Assembly (NCBI GenBank): GCA_016187335.1
Contig: JACPJW010000001.1
Coordinates: 32,001-96,000, forward strand
Direction of reading: 5' to 3'
Origin: Candidatus Aenigmatarchaeota archaeon
Lineage (GTDB): Archaea > Aenigmatarchaeota > Aenigmatarchaeia > GW2011-AR5
Length of the DNA stretch: 64,000 bases
The notes under the pieces: generated by a model
Databases searched by the model: none
What the model saw: only the letters and a program-made list of their open reading frames with translations
Told to the model about the DNA's origin: nothing
Shown here: piece after piece, positions 1 through 8,895 of the stretch
Layout of the letters: every line of letters starts with the position of its first letter
Numbering within the stretch: the first letter of the stretch is position 1
Position numbers and translations under genes: made by a program

Positions 1-20
1 ACAACAACCTCGGCAAGAAC

Positions 21-473
21 ATGAACGAGATATGGATGAGCAACTGCCGCGTTCCGAAAGAGCGCTCGCTCGTCAACCTTGTGCACATCAGCAAAAAAAG
101 CGGCGGTTATGAAATCAGCTGCGAGTTCGGGCCTTCCTATGATTACGTGTCGTACAATGTCGGCGGTTCGACCCCTTCCGTTTACGCCGGCTGGATCGCG
201 GACAGGAAATGCGACGGGGAAATCGCGGCGGAAATCGACAAGGCCGTGAGGGAAGTGAACAGCTGCCCCGTGCTGCTGAGGGAAAAAATACCCGACGACC
301 TGGCGGATTACTACGTGGTCTCGCTTTACTGCAGGAGCAATTTCAAGAAGGAATACGTGATATCCACCCGGGATATTCCAAAATGCGTGGAGCCGCTTTT
401 GTCAGGTAATGTCGTGATACCGATTTCATACGACAGCGTCGTTGACGTCAGGACGGGGAGGGCTTGGATTTAG
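21..473 (+). CDS. Hypothetical protein (frame open upstream, possibly 5'-partial)
   Basis: 150-aa ORF with no recognised family; C-terminus VVDVRTGRAWI is echoed at 1124..1330. Confidence 0.7.
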   Translation: MNEIWMSNCRVPKERSLVNLVHISKKSGGYEISCEFGPSYDYVSYNVGGSTPSVYAGWIADRKCDGEIAAEIDKAVREVNSCPVLLREKIPDDLADYYVVSLYCRSNFKKEYVISTRDIPKCVEPLLSGNVVIPISYDSVVDVRTGRAWI

Positions 474-511
474 AGATTAAAGCATATAATACTGGAAATT
501 GAAATAAAATT

Positions 512-964
512 ATGCCAGTTTCAGGACAATTTCCAAAACACCATATAGACACATCTGTAATTATAGAGCCTGAAAATACCGAAGACGGAAGGTTCTGTAA
601 ACGTTATCTACAAAAACTCAATTATAATTATACCGGTATTTTATCATTTCCAGTATTAAGCGAGATTTTTGTTATTCTCAATTCTTTGGAGGATTTCAAT
701 GAAAGATACGATTTTATAGAACCTCTGCTGGCTATGGTTAAATCAAGAAATATAGAGTTCTACGCTCCGAAAGATATAGGAAATCTTCTTAACAGCATTA
801 AATCAACTGAGAAAAGAATTGGTTTTGTAGACAGCGAAATAGTTGCCTGCGCAGCTGAAGATAAAGCTGATGCCTTGATAACCCTTGATAGAGATTTGAT
901 AAACAACAAGAACCTGGAAAAGTTATTGAGAATAAGGATACTTCATCCTAAAGATTTGCTGTAA
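512..964 (+). CDS. PIN-domain (VapC-like) ribonuclease toxin
   Basis: N-terminal HIDTSVII and C-terminal FVDSEIVACA...LITLDRDL acidic PIN motifs; AT-rich. Confidence 0.85.
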   Translation: MPVSGQFPKHHIDTSVIIEPENTEDGRFCKRYLQKLNYNYTGILSFPVLSEIFVILNSLEDFNERYDFIEPLLAMVKSRNIEFYAPKDIGNLLNSIKSTEKRIGFVDSEIVACAAEDKADALITLDRDLINNKNLEKLLRIRILHPKDLL

Positions 965-965
965 T

Positions 966-1079
966 TTATTTGTTATACTTTTTGTGCAATGACTTGTGTA
1001 TGGCTTTGGCTTTTTCAAATACGCCCTTCGCTTCCGCCTTTCTGCGCAACATTTCGGCTCTCTTTTCTTCGTCTGTCAT
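966..1079 (-). CDS. 37-aa charged microprotein (not in ORF track), possible antitoxin
   Basis: ATG at 1079 reads MTDEEKRAEMLRRKAEAKGVFEKAKAIHKSLHKKYNK*, convergent on the PIN gene. Confidence 0.45.
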   Translation of the reverse strand: MTDEEKRAEMLRRKAEAKGVFEKAKAIHKSLHKKYNK

Positions 1080-1123
1080 AATAGCACTAACCATATATCA
1101 GGCCAGAGAATATTTAAGGCTTC

Positions 1124-1330
1124 TTGCAAAAACATCAGAACCCTCCGCCCGCATCCAGCGAGCGGTCGGACTACCAAGTTTTCACGCTTTACTGCAGAGA
1201 TTTCAAGAAAGAGTACTTGTCCTTGCGCAGCGACATACCTCAGTGCGTCTCGAAGATATTTGACAACGTCATTGTGGATGTGACAGTTACGGACGTCGTT
1301 GACGTCAGGACGGGAAGGTTCTGGGTGTAG
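1124..1330 (+). pseudogene. Orphan copy of the C-terminal ~55 codons of ORF 21..473
   Basis: DYQVFTLYCR-DFKKEY...VVDVRTGRFWV aligns to DYYVVSLYCRSNFKKEY...VVDVRTGRAWI; 21 identical nt at 437..457 and 1294..1314; in-frame stop just upstream. Confidence 0.7.
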
Positions 1331-1339
1331 ATAAAGACA

Positions 1340-2452
1340 CTAAGCCGCTCTGTAAAGATTAATGTATTTTCCTTCTTCGATTCCGGTGACAACAATGCTT
1401 CTTTCTGGAACAAGCAAGCCGTCGCTTCTTTCCGAAAAGCCAAAAAGCTGCTCTAAAAATCTTCCTGCCTCTTCTAGAAATTCTCTTCGGCCCTCCTGCC
1501 TGTACAAGTCGGGCCTGCAAGGGTTTTTGAAAGGCGGAAAATATCTTGGCTCTGCTCTGAATGTTTTCTGTTCAAGGAAATTCTTTAAATCTCGTTTTTT
1601 CGGATCTAAATCTATTTTTCCTTTTTTACCAGACAGATAGGCATGAGCCCATTCTACTGCCCTGACTACTCGCGGCGTATATACAGATTCAGAATCAAAG
1701 TCTTCTCCTTTCTTGAATGAGGGATCCGTTCCCAATTCAAGTTCATTAACTCTTTCTTCCGTTTCTTTCGCAACATTCTCAAAATCTACGTTAGGATTAC
1801 TGCCATCATAGATAACAATGTTCCCTTTATCATCCCTAACAAAAAGCAGGAAGGGATTTACAGTCCTGACGACGTTGTATCTTTTGTTAGGATAACCTTT
1901 GTCTGTCCATTTTTGGTATCTTCCTCCCCGAAACCACGTTGGTACGATACAGCCGAAATGAAGAACGTAATCTCCTTTTCTTGTACCTGTATTGCCGCCT
2001 TCACCTAGTTGAGTTGTTGGGGAAACATTTTGACCTAAAAATACGTTCCATGAATTCAAGTGCTGGTAATCTGTAAGATGTCCTAAACCGTGGCCAACTG
2101 TTACACTTTTGATTGAACCAAAACGGGTTTTGTAAGATGGTGGATCATCTCCCCGATAAACCACAATCCCATTTCCTGCCGCCATAACTGGCGTGTAAGG
2201 CGGGCGCTCCCTTACTTTAAAATCTACTCCTCCCGGATCTATACCTAAATGGTTTTCATAACCCCCGCCTTCTATTATTACCGGTTGTCCTGGAACACAT
2301 GCAGCAGGAGAAGAATAAGCGGATGGATTTCCAATAGCCTTTATATCGGCATAAGACGGTCTAACCCCAAGTAAAGTTATACCATCGCCGATACTGCCTG
2401 CGACCAAGATTTTGACAACTTCTCTGCGCGTATACGAAGGACCTGAACTCAT
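1340..2452 (-). CDS. M23 family metallopeptidase with twin-arginine-like leader
   Basis: HLGID (HxxxD), TPVMAAGNG, YQHL, GEGGNTG, VLHFG; N-terminal TRREVVK followed by a hydrophobic stretch. Confidence 0.8.
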   Translation of the reverse strand: MSSGPSYTRREVVKILVAGSIGDGITLLGVRPSYADIKAIGNPSAYSSPAACVPGQPVIIEGGGYENHLGIDPGGVDFKVRERPPYTPVMAAGNGIVVYRGDDPPSYKTRFGSIKSVTVGHGLGHLTDYQHLNSWNVFLGQNVSPTTQLGEGGNTGTRKGDYVLHFGCIVPTWFRGGRYQKWTDKGYPNKRYNVVRTVNPFLLFVRDDKGNIVIYDGSNPNVDFENVAKETEERVNELELGTDPSFKKGEDFDSESVYTPRVVRAVEWAHAYLSGKKGKIDLDPKKRDLKNFLEQKTFRAEPRYFPPFKNPCRPDLYRQEGRREFLEEAGRFLEQLFGFSERSDGLLVPERSIVVTGIEEGKYINLYRAA

Positions 2453-2522
2453 AGATAATATTTATTTTTCATTACATTTAAAGGTTTCGTTTTTAATTAC
2501 TTAAAAGAAGTAACGTTTTAAA

Positions 2523-3173
2523 TTATGGTTCACCACCACTGGTAAGTTGCTCACCTGTGCCACCGCCGGTTCCGCCAGAATTAGTGCCCTTTCCTCCTCC
2601 GCCAGCTGGCCCGCTCCCGGTCTGTATTTGAGGATCTACATTCCCTCCTCCGCTTGGCCCCCCTTGCTCGCTCCCGCCCCCCGGGCACCCCGTAAACGTC
2701 ACCGTGCATGACCTGCCGCGCTGCACCACTGGGCCTGTGTCCGTGCAGCCGGTGGAGTAGCCCCTAATGTCGGCTTCAGAACCTGATCTTACTAGCTGAG
2801 CACCCCACCCATTGTCCGTCTCGAATGCTTGGCAGTCGCCGCTGCCGCATTGCTGCATAGCATAAGCAGCGCTTGCGCACGTTCCTGCCCTGTCGCAGCC
2901 GCCTTGGTCTTTGAACGATTCATATCCTGTTTCTGTTATTTGTGAACCTCCACCAAACGAGCTGACAACAGCATTAGCAACCGCGCTTATTGCATCAACA
3001 ATAGCATCAAAAAAATCTCTTACTGCGTCCCAAAACCCGAATTTAACAAATTTTTTCCCGGATAGGTCTTCCGTATTTGTATTAAAAAGGAAAGATGAAA
3101 CTGCACCTATTGCGTATATGAAAGAAGTCATGACAAGCAATGCCACGAGAGAGGCAAGAAACTCGTTTCTCAT
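2523..3173 (-). CDS. Secreted or membrane-anchored Gly/Cys-rich protein
   Basis: N-terminal hydrophobic segment, several Cys, Gly-rich tail. Confidence 0.65.
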   Translation of the reverse strand: MRNEFLASLVALLVMTSFIYAIGAVSSFLFNTNTEDLSGKKFVKFGFWDAVRDFFDAIVDAISAVANAVVSSFGGGSQITETGYESFKDQGGCDRAGTCASAAYAMQQCGSGDCQAFETDNGWGAQLVRSGSEADIRGYSTGCTDTGPVVQRGRSCTVTFTGCPGGGSEQGGPSGGGNVDPQIQTGSGPAGGGGKGTNSGGTGGGTGEQLTSGGEP

Positions 3174-3236
3174 GGTAATAGTATGAATAAAGCCGCAATA
3201 AATAGTTTTTGAACTAACCTTTGAAAACTTTGGATT

Positions 3237-4388
3237 TTAATTTCTTCTGAAATCACTTTCATAAATTTGGTAATATTTACCTCTTTCAAGGGCATCCATA
3301 ATTTCCCATATTGTTTTACCTAACCTTTCTGTTCTAAGCGACTCAATAAAATTCCTGCCTGCTGGTGTATGAGCTTTACGACCTTGTGGCGGTATTCCTT
3401 TCCTTTCGGGTGCAAGAAAATACCATATGCTAAGATCGTAATTATTACGGGTCCTAGGACTTAACCATATGTCTGTAGCATATCCAGCCACATCGTATCT
3501 TATTCCTTCTATTGTCACCCTCCATCTTCCTTTAGGTGGTGGATCAAATTTTATAATTTGTAAATTAGCTCTGTTTTCATCTATTGGCAGTCTAACTCCT
3601 TCTAATCCCTTGATTCTACTCACATCAATTGTAGCGTAAATATTCAAATTTGGTGGATCGGCAGGGTCGTATTTGTTTTTAATCACTCTTATCAATAATT
3701 CGCCTTGGCCTATTGCCCTCAAAGAAAGCGGTTTCAGTTTCCCTGAACCTGGAAAATAAACATCGTATCCTTTGCATGTGGCTGCAATTTCGCCCTTTCT
3801 TACGCCTTCTAAATAAGGTTCAGCAAAACCAGAAAATTTCAATGCTTGCGGGTTTCTGCGCAAAAGTTCACTAAGTTTAGAAAAGTCCCATCTTTCCGGT
3901 GTTGTTGAGCAAGGGAAAATAGGTGCCTCTTCCTGCGGTGTCGGTTGAGTCGTTACAGGCTGCTGCCCGTCTGCCGGCTGCTGGTCCTGTGCCGCTCCGG
4001 GCGGCGCTGGAGGAGGCGCATCCGTGCTCTGGCTTGCGCTAATATTCGGTGCGTAAGAAAGCGCTCCAAGCAATGCGATCGCTGTAAGTTCTGTTGCAAG
4101 CCGGGTTCTTTGGTTATATCCTCTTTTCATTACGCTTGCTTCCACATTTTCCGGGTCCACAACATTCTGCTGCACATACCTTAAAGCGACATCACGCTGC
4201 TTTAACAGGTATTGTCCTGTCGCACTGGCACGATTCATTGCGGCACTAAATTGGTCTCGTGCATAGCCTCGTGCGGCATTCCAGTAGCTTGCCAATGAAC
4301 GACTTCCAGAAGTAACCCTGCCCATTATTTCTGTCCTTTGCTGCTGCTCCGTCGGCCTTAATACTATTCCCATCTTTTCAATGTTCAT
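3237..4388 (-). CDS. Membrane-anchored hypothetical protein, paralog 1
   Basis: TM/signal segment, Pro/Gln linker, globular C-domain; paralog of 4409..5533. Confidence 0.75.
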   Translation of the reverse strand: MNIEKMGIVLRPTEQQQRTEIMGRVTSGSRSLASYWNAARGYARDQFSAAMNRASATGQYLLKQRDVALRYVQQNVVDPENVEASVMKRGYNQRTRLATELTAIALLGALSYAPNISASQSTDAPPPAPPGAAQDQQPADGQQPVTTQPTPQEEAPIFPCSTTPERWDFSKLSELLRRNPQALKFSGFAEPYLEGVRKGEIAATCKGYDVYFPGSGKLKPLSLRAIGQGELLIRVIKNKYDPADPPNLNIYATIDVSRIKGLEGVRLPIDENRANLQIIKFDPPPKGRWRVTIEGIRYDVAGYATDIWLSPRTRNNYDLSIWYFLAPERKGIPPQGRKAHTPAGRNFIESLRTERLGKTIWEIMDALERGKYYQIYESDFRRN

Positions 4389-4408
4389 CTTATTTAGTTT
4401 TTTGTTAA

Positions 4409-5533
4409 TTAATGTTTAAATTCGTCAGAATGACGACCATAGTAATTGCCTTTATTCATTTTATCTATAACTTCCCACATAATATCTCCAAATATTCTTG
4501 ATTTATCAATATTTTTAAAATTCCTGCCAGCCGGTGTGTAGCCCTTGAACCCTTGCACGGGTGGTATCATTCCGGATTTAAAATACAATATACCAAAATC
4601 AAATTTGTTGGATGTTTTGGGGTTGAGCCACACATCTATTCCAAATTCGGTTATATCGTATCTTATTCCTCCGAATGTTATTGGCCACCTTCCTTGAACA
4701 GATGGATCATATTTGTATACTCTTAAGTTAGGTCTATTTTCATTTATTGGAAAGTTTATTTGCTCTAAGCCTCTAATTCCTTTTACAGTTATTACGAAAT
4801 CAGTATTCAAATTCGTAGGGGCATCTGGGTAGTACTTATTTCCAATGACATTCATCAACAATTCCCCATCGGGCCCAATAGCTCTGAGTGGGAAAGGCTT
4901 TTGCCCTCTTCTCAGGAAAGAAATATCATAACCTATGCACGTTGCTGTAGTTTCTCCTGATTCAACAGCTTTTACATAAGGCGCGGCATGACTGGAAAAT
5001 TTCAGTACTCTCTGTCTTCTTGGACCTAAAAATAATTCTTTGAATTTAGGGTTGCTCGCATTCCATGTTTCTCCTGATTTGGCGCAAGGGAAAATAGTTC
5101 CTTCTTCCTGCGGTGCCGGTTGAGTCGTTACAGGCTGCTGCCCGTCTGCCGGAGGCTGGTCCTGCCCCGCTCCCGGTGGTGCAGGCGGCGGCGCATCCGT
5201 GCCCTGGCTTGCGCTAATATTCGGTGCGTAAAGCATTAGACCGGCTAAACCTGTGGCAAGCGCTCCGGCGCGTCTTTTTTGTGATGGTCTGTTCCGCAGT
5301 ACGTCTCCTTCAACTTGAGCTGCCAGCTTCAATCCCGATAAATAATCAGAAACAGCTTTGCTTTGCCTTCCGGCGTATTTTGAAAAAGTGTCCGCTTTAT
5401 CTAAGGCATAAGTTCCAGCAGTTCTGGCTTGGCTTGACAAGTAACCTCTCACTGCGCCTAAGTAACCTCTTGGATTTCCGCTGACGATTTCTGCCCTGAC
5501 CTGCTCTTCTGGCATTCGTATACTTATTCCCAT
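4409..5533 (-). CDS. Membrane-anchored hypothetical protein, paralog 2
   Basis: Shares YAPNISASQxTDAPPPAPPGAxQDQxPADGQQPVTTQPxPQEE with the neighbouring gene. Confidence 0.75.
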   Translation of the reverse strand: MGISIRMPEEQVRAEIVSGNPRGYLGAVRGYLSSQARTAGTYALDKADTFSKYAGRQSKAVSDYLSGLKLAAQVEGDVLRNRPSQKRRAGALATGLAGLMLYAPNISASQGTDAPPPAPPGAGQDQPPADGQQPVTTQPAPQEEGTIFPCAKSGETWNASNPKFKELFLGPRRQRVLKFSSHAAPYVKAVESGETTATCIGYDISFLRRGQKPFPLRAIGPDGELLMNVIGNKYYPDAPTNLNTDFVITVKGIRGLEQINFPINENRPNLRVYKYDPSVQGRWPITFGGIRYDITEFGIDVWLNPKTSNKFDFGILYFKSGMIPPVQGFKGYTPAGRNFKNIDKSRIFGDIMWEVIDKMNKGNYYGRHSDEFKH

Positions 5534-5643
5534 CTCTACCCTCTCTTAACCACTCTTAAGTGACAAGTATAAATATATCCGCGGCGGTATATAAAGTTTC
5601 CGCCTGGACCCTGTTTATATAGGGCTTGAAAGGATTAAAGGGT

Positions 5644-6015
5644 TTAGACCTTCAGCGGAATTACTGGGATGCCCAGTTTCCCGTATTTCCTGTCAGAGCT
5701 TATTATGGGCTGGCCTTCTGCCAGGACGGCGTTGAAGGCGTCAAAAACGCCCAGATTGTTATTCTTTATGTGATTTACAATTTCCATGCCCTGCTTTATC
5801 GTCATTCCTTTTATGTCAGCTATCTGGAAAATGGAAGCGACGATATTTTCCATGTCCAAATTCTCCCTTTTCGCGACAAGTAGGAGTCCGGCCAGCGTAA
5901 GGACAGAAGTTTCTATACTGCCTTTGTATTCCTCGTAAATCTTCTTGGCGCCCGTCTTCAGCCAGTCTTCCTTTTTTATCATGGCGAGAAAAAAATCCGT
6001 GTCCGCGTAAACCAT
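5644..6015 (-). CDS. PIN-domain (VapC) toxin
   Basis: VYADTDFFLA...GVFDAFNAV...IISSDRKY. Confidence 0.85.
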   Translation of the reverse strand: MVYADTDFFLAMIKKEDWLKTGAKKIYEEYKGSIETSVLTLAGLLLVAKRENLDMENIVASIFQIADIKGMTIKQGMEIVNHIKNNNLGVFDAFNAVLAEGQPIISSDRKYGKLGIPVIPLKV

Positions 6016-6016
6016 G

Positions 6017-6265
6017 CTATCTTCCTGCCTCTTTCAGCGCTTCCTCGTACGCCTCCTTTCGGAGCTGCTTTATCGTCTTGCCCTTTAGCTTTTCCCCTTC
6101 CTTCTGCAGTGTTTTTACCGGGTCCTTTGGCAGCGGCTTCAGCAGTATCCCTTCTTTTTTGATTGGGATTACAACAAATTCGTCGGTTCCGAATTCTTCA
6201 ACAACATCCCTGCTTAATGTAATTCTCCTTCTTTCGTCCATTCTTGTTTTTGTCATGCTTTTCAC
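6017..6265 (-). CDS. AbrB/MazE-type antitoxin
   Basis: MDERRRITLSRDVVEEFG...EGILLKPL; directly upstream of the PIN gene. Confidence 0.8.
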   Translation of the reverse strand: MKSMTKTRMDERRRITLSRDVVEEFGTDEFVVIPIKKEGILLKPLPKDPVKTLQKEGEKLKGKTIKQLRKEAYEEALKEAGR

Positions 6266-6415
6266 CCACGTATATTCAATATGTGGGTAAATATTTAAAT
6301 TTATGGGTAATTTAAACTATAACCCATTATTGAACTTTTCTCAGAAATCACATCACAATCACACAAGCTCACGCTTATATACCGCCCACGACAAAAATTT
6401 ATCTGAGGTGGATAC

Positions 6416-6700
6416 ATGCCGTTATTGAGCGTACATAACATGGATTTGCTCCTTGTGCTGTTCGCGGTCCTCTATTTGGGAAGGGCAGCGCTGTTCAGGG
6501 ATAAGGTGCCGAACGGGTTCAAGTGGCTCGCGGCCGGAGGCCTGGTTATACTCGTGCCTGTGGGCCTGTCAGCTGTGAACTGGACACTGCTGGGAATGCT
6601 CGAGGTGTTCCGCACGGTCGACACGTGGCTGAGCCTGCTTGGAGGACTTCTTATCCTGGCCGGTTCCGTCAAGACCCTGATGGAGCTCTTCAGCAAGTGA
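6416..6700 (+). CDS. Small multi-pass membrane protein
   Basis: Three hydrophobic segments; GAGGTGG Shine-Dalgarno before the ATG. Confidence 0.7.
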   Translation: MPLLSVHNMDLLLVLFAVLYLGRAALFRDKVPNGFKWLAAGGLVILVPVGLSAVNWTLLGMLEVFRTVDTWLSLLGGLLILAGSVKTLMELFSK

Positions 6701-6862
6701 CCCTTTTCACGAGTAAACGCGAAAAAGCGTCAACGGAAAAGTATATGGCCCGGACAGAATTGAGAACGCTGACAGTTTTTTGCTTTTCTTTTTTCAATAA
6801 ATATCTGCGGGCTAAAGCCCGAATGAGACAGGAAGCTGAGCATTCGCTTCCGCTTGTAGATA

Positions 6863-7504
6863 ATGATTTTTATGCCTAAAAGAAAACCGAAGCGGGCAGT
6901 GAAAAAGAAAAGCCCCCTTTACGTTATCCTTGTTCTAGGCGTCATCGCGCTGTTCGCTGTTGTGTATTCGTACCGCGGCGCTGCGCTGGTGAATGCCAGC
7001 GCGGACGACGATCCTTCGCTGGGCAGTGAAAACGCCCCTGTCACGATGATAATGTTCAGCAATTACGCCTGTTCGTTCAGCAGGGACTTCTGGCAGGACA
7101 CCTTCCCGCTTCTGAAGCAGCAGTATATAGACACGGGCAAAATCAGGTTCGTTTTCAGGGATTTCCCCGTTCAGACGCCAGGCGTCATTGATTCCTCGCT
7201 CGCTGCGGAGTGCGCCGACGACCAGGGGAAATTCTGGGAATACAACAATGCGCTTGTCAATTCCGTCCGCATCGACAAGGACAGCCTGAAAGAATACGCT
7301 TCTGATCTTGGCCTGGATACGGAACAATTCAACAGCTGCCTCGATTCGCAGCAGCGTCTGGCAGAAGTCAGGAAGGACTTCAGCAACGGCGTTTCCTACG
7401 GCGTCCGCGGCACGCCCACGTTCTTCATCAACGGCCTGCGCGTCGAGGGCGGCGAGAGCTTTTCGTTCTTCGCGCAGCTGATTGAGAAGGAATTGGCGAA
7501 GTAA
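6863..7504 (+). CDS. DsbA-family thioredoxin-fold protein (CxxS variant)
   Basis: DDPSLGSENAPVT...FSNYACSFS...FVFRDFP...GVRGTPTFFING. Confidence 0.85.
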   Translation: MIFMPKRKPKRAVKKKSPLYVILVLGVIALFAVVYSYRGAALVNASADDDPSLGSENAPVTMIMFSNYACSFSRDFWQDTFPLLKQQYIDTGKIRFVFRDFPVQTPGVIDSSLAAECADDQGKFWEYNNALVNSVRIDKDSLKEYASDLGLDTEQFNSCLDSQQRLAEVRKDFSNGVSYGVRGTPTFFINGLRVEGGESFSFFAQLIEKELAK

Positions 7505-7544
7505 ATGGCTGATTTTCTCTAGACGGCCCTCATCGTTAATGCAG

Positions 7545-8171
7545 TTACCTGATTTCTCTCAGTATTTTTTCCTTGAGCATCTTTATTTTCCTGGCGTCTT
7601 CTATTCCCAGGTAGCTGAACTCGCTTCTTGCGCCCCGGACTATTTCTTTCAGCCTTCTGGGATAATTTTCCATGCCGTATTTTTCCGCGGTGGCAATATA
7701 ATTTTTCAGGCTTATTCCGGAATTCAGCAGCAGGTTAAGTATATCAACCCTGTCCTTCTGCCCTTTTATGGAGTCTTTTCTTGCAAGCTCGGCCTGCTGT
7801 TTCAGGATCAGCAGTATTTCAGGCTTCGGCACCTTGAATCCTTCTATTCTTATTGTATTCTTTTTCACCGCTTCTGCGGGAATAATAAACTTCGAATAAA
7901 ACGGCACGTATATGTCCACGGATATTTCGTTTATTTTCGTTTCGTATTTTTTCAGGAAATCCGTTTTCTTAATCCCGTGCGCCAGCTTAAGCTTTTCCAA
8001 TCCTTCAAAGTCGACTATTATGTCGATGTCCTTGGACTTTATTGCCTTTGTGTGCAGGTAAACTGCCCAGCCTCCTATCAGGATGAAATCTATCTCCTTT
8101 GCCAGCGATATCAGAACGTCCCAGCTCCTGTCAACTATAAGGTCATCCCAGAACTCGCTTGATGTGCTCAT
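7545..8171 (-). CDS. Nucleotidyltransferase-fold protein (AbiEii-like)
   Basis: FILIGGWAV...SKDIDII and ISVDIY polymerase-beta motifs. Confidence 0.7.
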   Translation of the reverse strand: MSTSSEFWDDLIVDRSWDVLISLAKEIDFILIGGWAVYLHTKAIKSKDIDIIVDFEGLEKLKLAHGIKKTDFLKKYETKINEISVDIYVPFYSKFIIPAEAVKKNTIRIEGFKVPKPEILLILKQQAELARKDSIKGQKDRVDILNLLLNSGISLKNYIATAEKYGMENYPRRLKEIVRGARSEFSYLGIEDARKIKMLKEKILREIR

Positions 8172-8730
8172 CTATCTTCGCCTCCAATGCCTTCAGGAAT
8201 TCCTGCGCGTACCATGTGTTTATGTTCCAGAGATCAGCGAAAAGCTGGGCCATCGGCACGGATTTGAATTTCCTCAGGTGCTCATCCATTCTAAGGACGA
8301 TGACATTCGGCTTCCCTTTTTTCAACGGGAACCTTTCAGCAATGTGCTCGTCGCCGTAGACGTAAACCTCGCCGTAATCAGACGGCACTGAACGGAAAAG
8401 CATCTTGTAGCCGGAATACGCTGTAAATACCACCTCAGGCATGCTTTTCTCTATCTCTTCAACAGGCGCATCAGAATGCGTTTGGTAAACAACATCCCTT
8501 TGCAGCTTCCTGACCGAGGCCCAGTAAAGCAGCATCTTCTTTGCATCCAGTACCCTGAAGCCCATGTGCTTTTTTTCTATGGCGCCCATGCTTTCCAGCG
8601 GCTTCAGTGCGTGGTTAACGCTGCCTATTGATATGCCGCATTCCTCAGCAAGCTTTTTCTGGCTGAAGAAATTCTTCTTCTTTTCCAGCAACTGGAATAA
8701 AATCTCGCGATAAACCCGCTCAATTTTCAT
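8143..8730 (-). CDS. Winged-HTH regulator (AbiEi-like antitoxin)
   Basis: SQKKLAEECGISIGSVNHALKPL HTH; FTAYSG...DYGEVYVY; QLFADLWN; overlaps the NTase gene. Confidence 0.7.
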   Translation of the reverse strand: MKIERVYREILFQLLEKKKNFFSQKKLAEECGISIGSVNHALKPLESMGAIEKKHMGFRVLDAKKMLLYWASVRKLQRDVVYQTHSDAPVEEIEKSMPEVVFTAYSGYKMLFRSVPSDYGEVYVYGDEHIAERFPLKKGKPNVIVLRMDEHLRKFKSVPMAQLFADLWNINTWYAQEFLKALEAKIDEHIKRVLG

Positions 8731-8895
8731 TTATTTCACTATTTCATTTTTATAATAGATAATTATTTAAAGGTTTCAAATTTTATTGAAACCTTTATAT
8801 TTTAATCAAAAAACAAATTGAAAGCAACAACCGATGCCATGCCATAAAGTTACTAATACAAATATTTCAATCTAGCTAAATTGTATTAGTAACTT

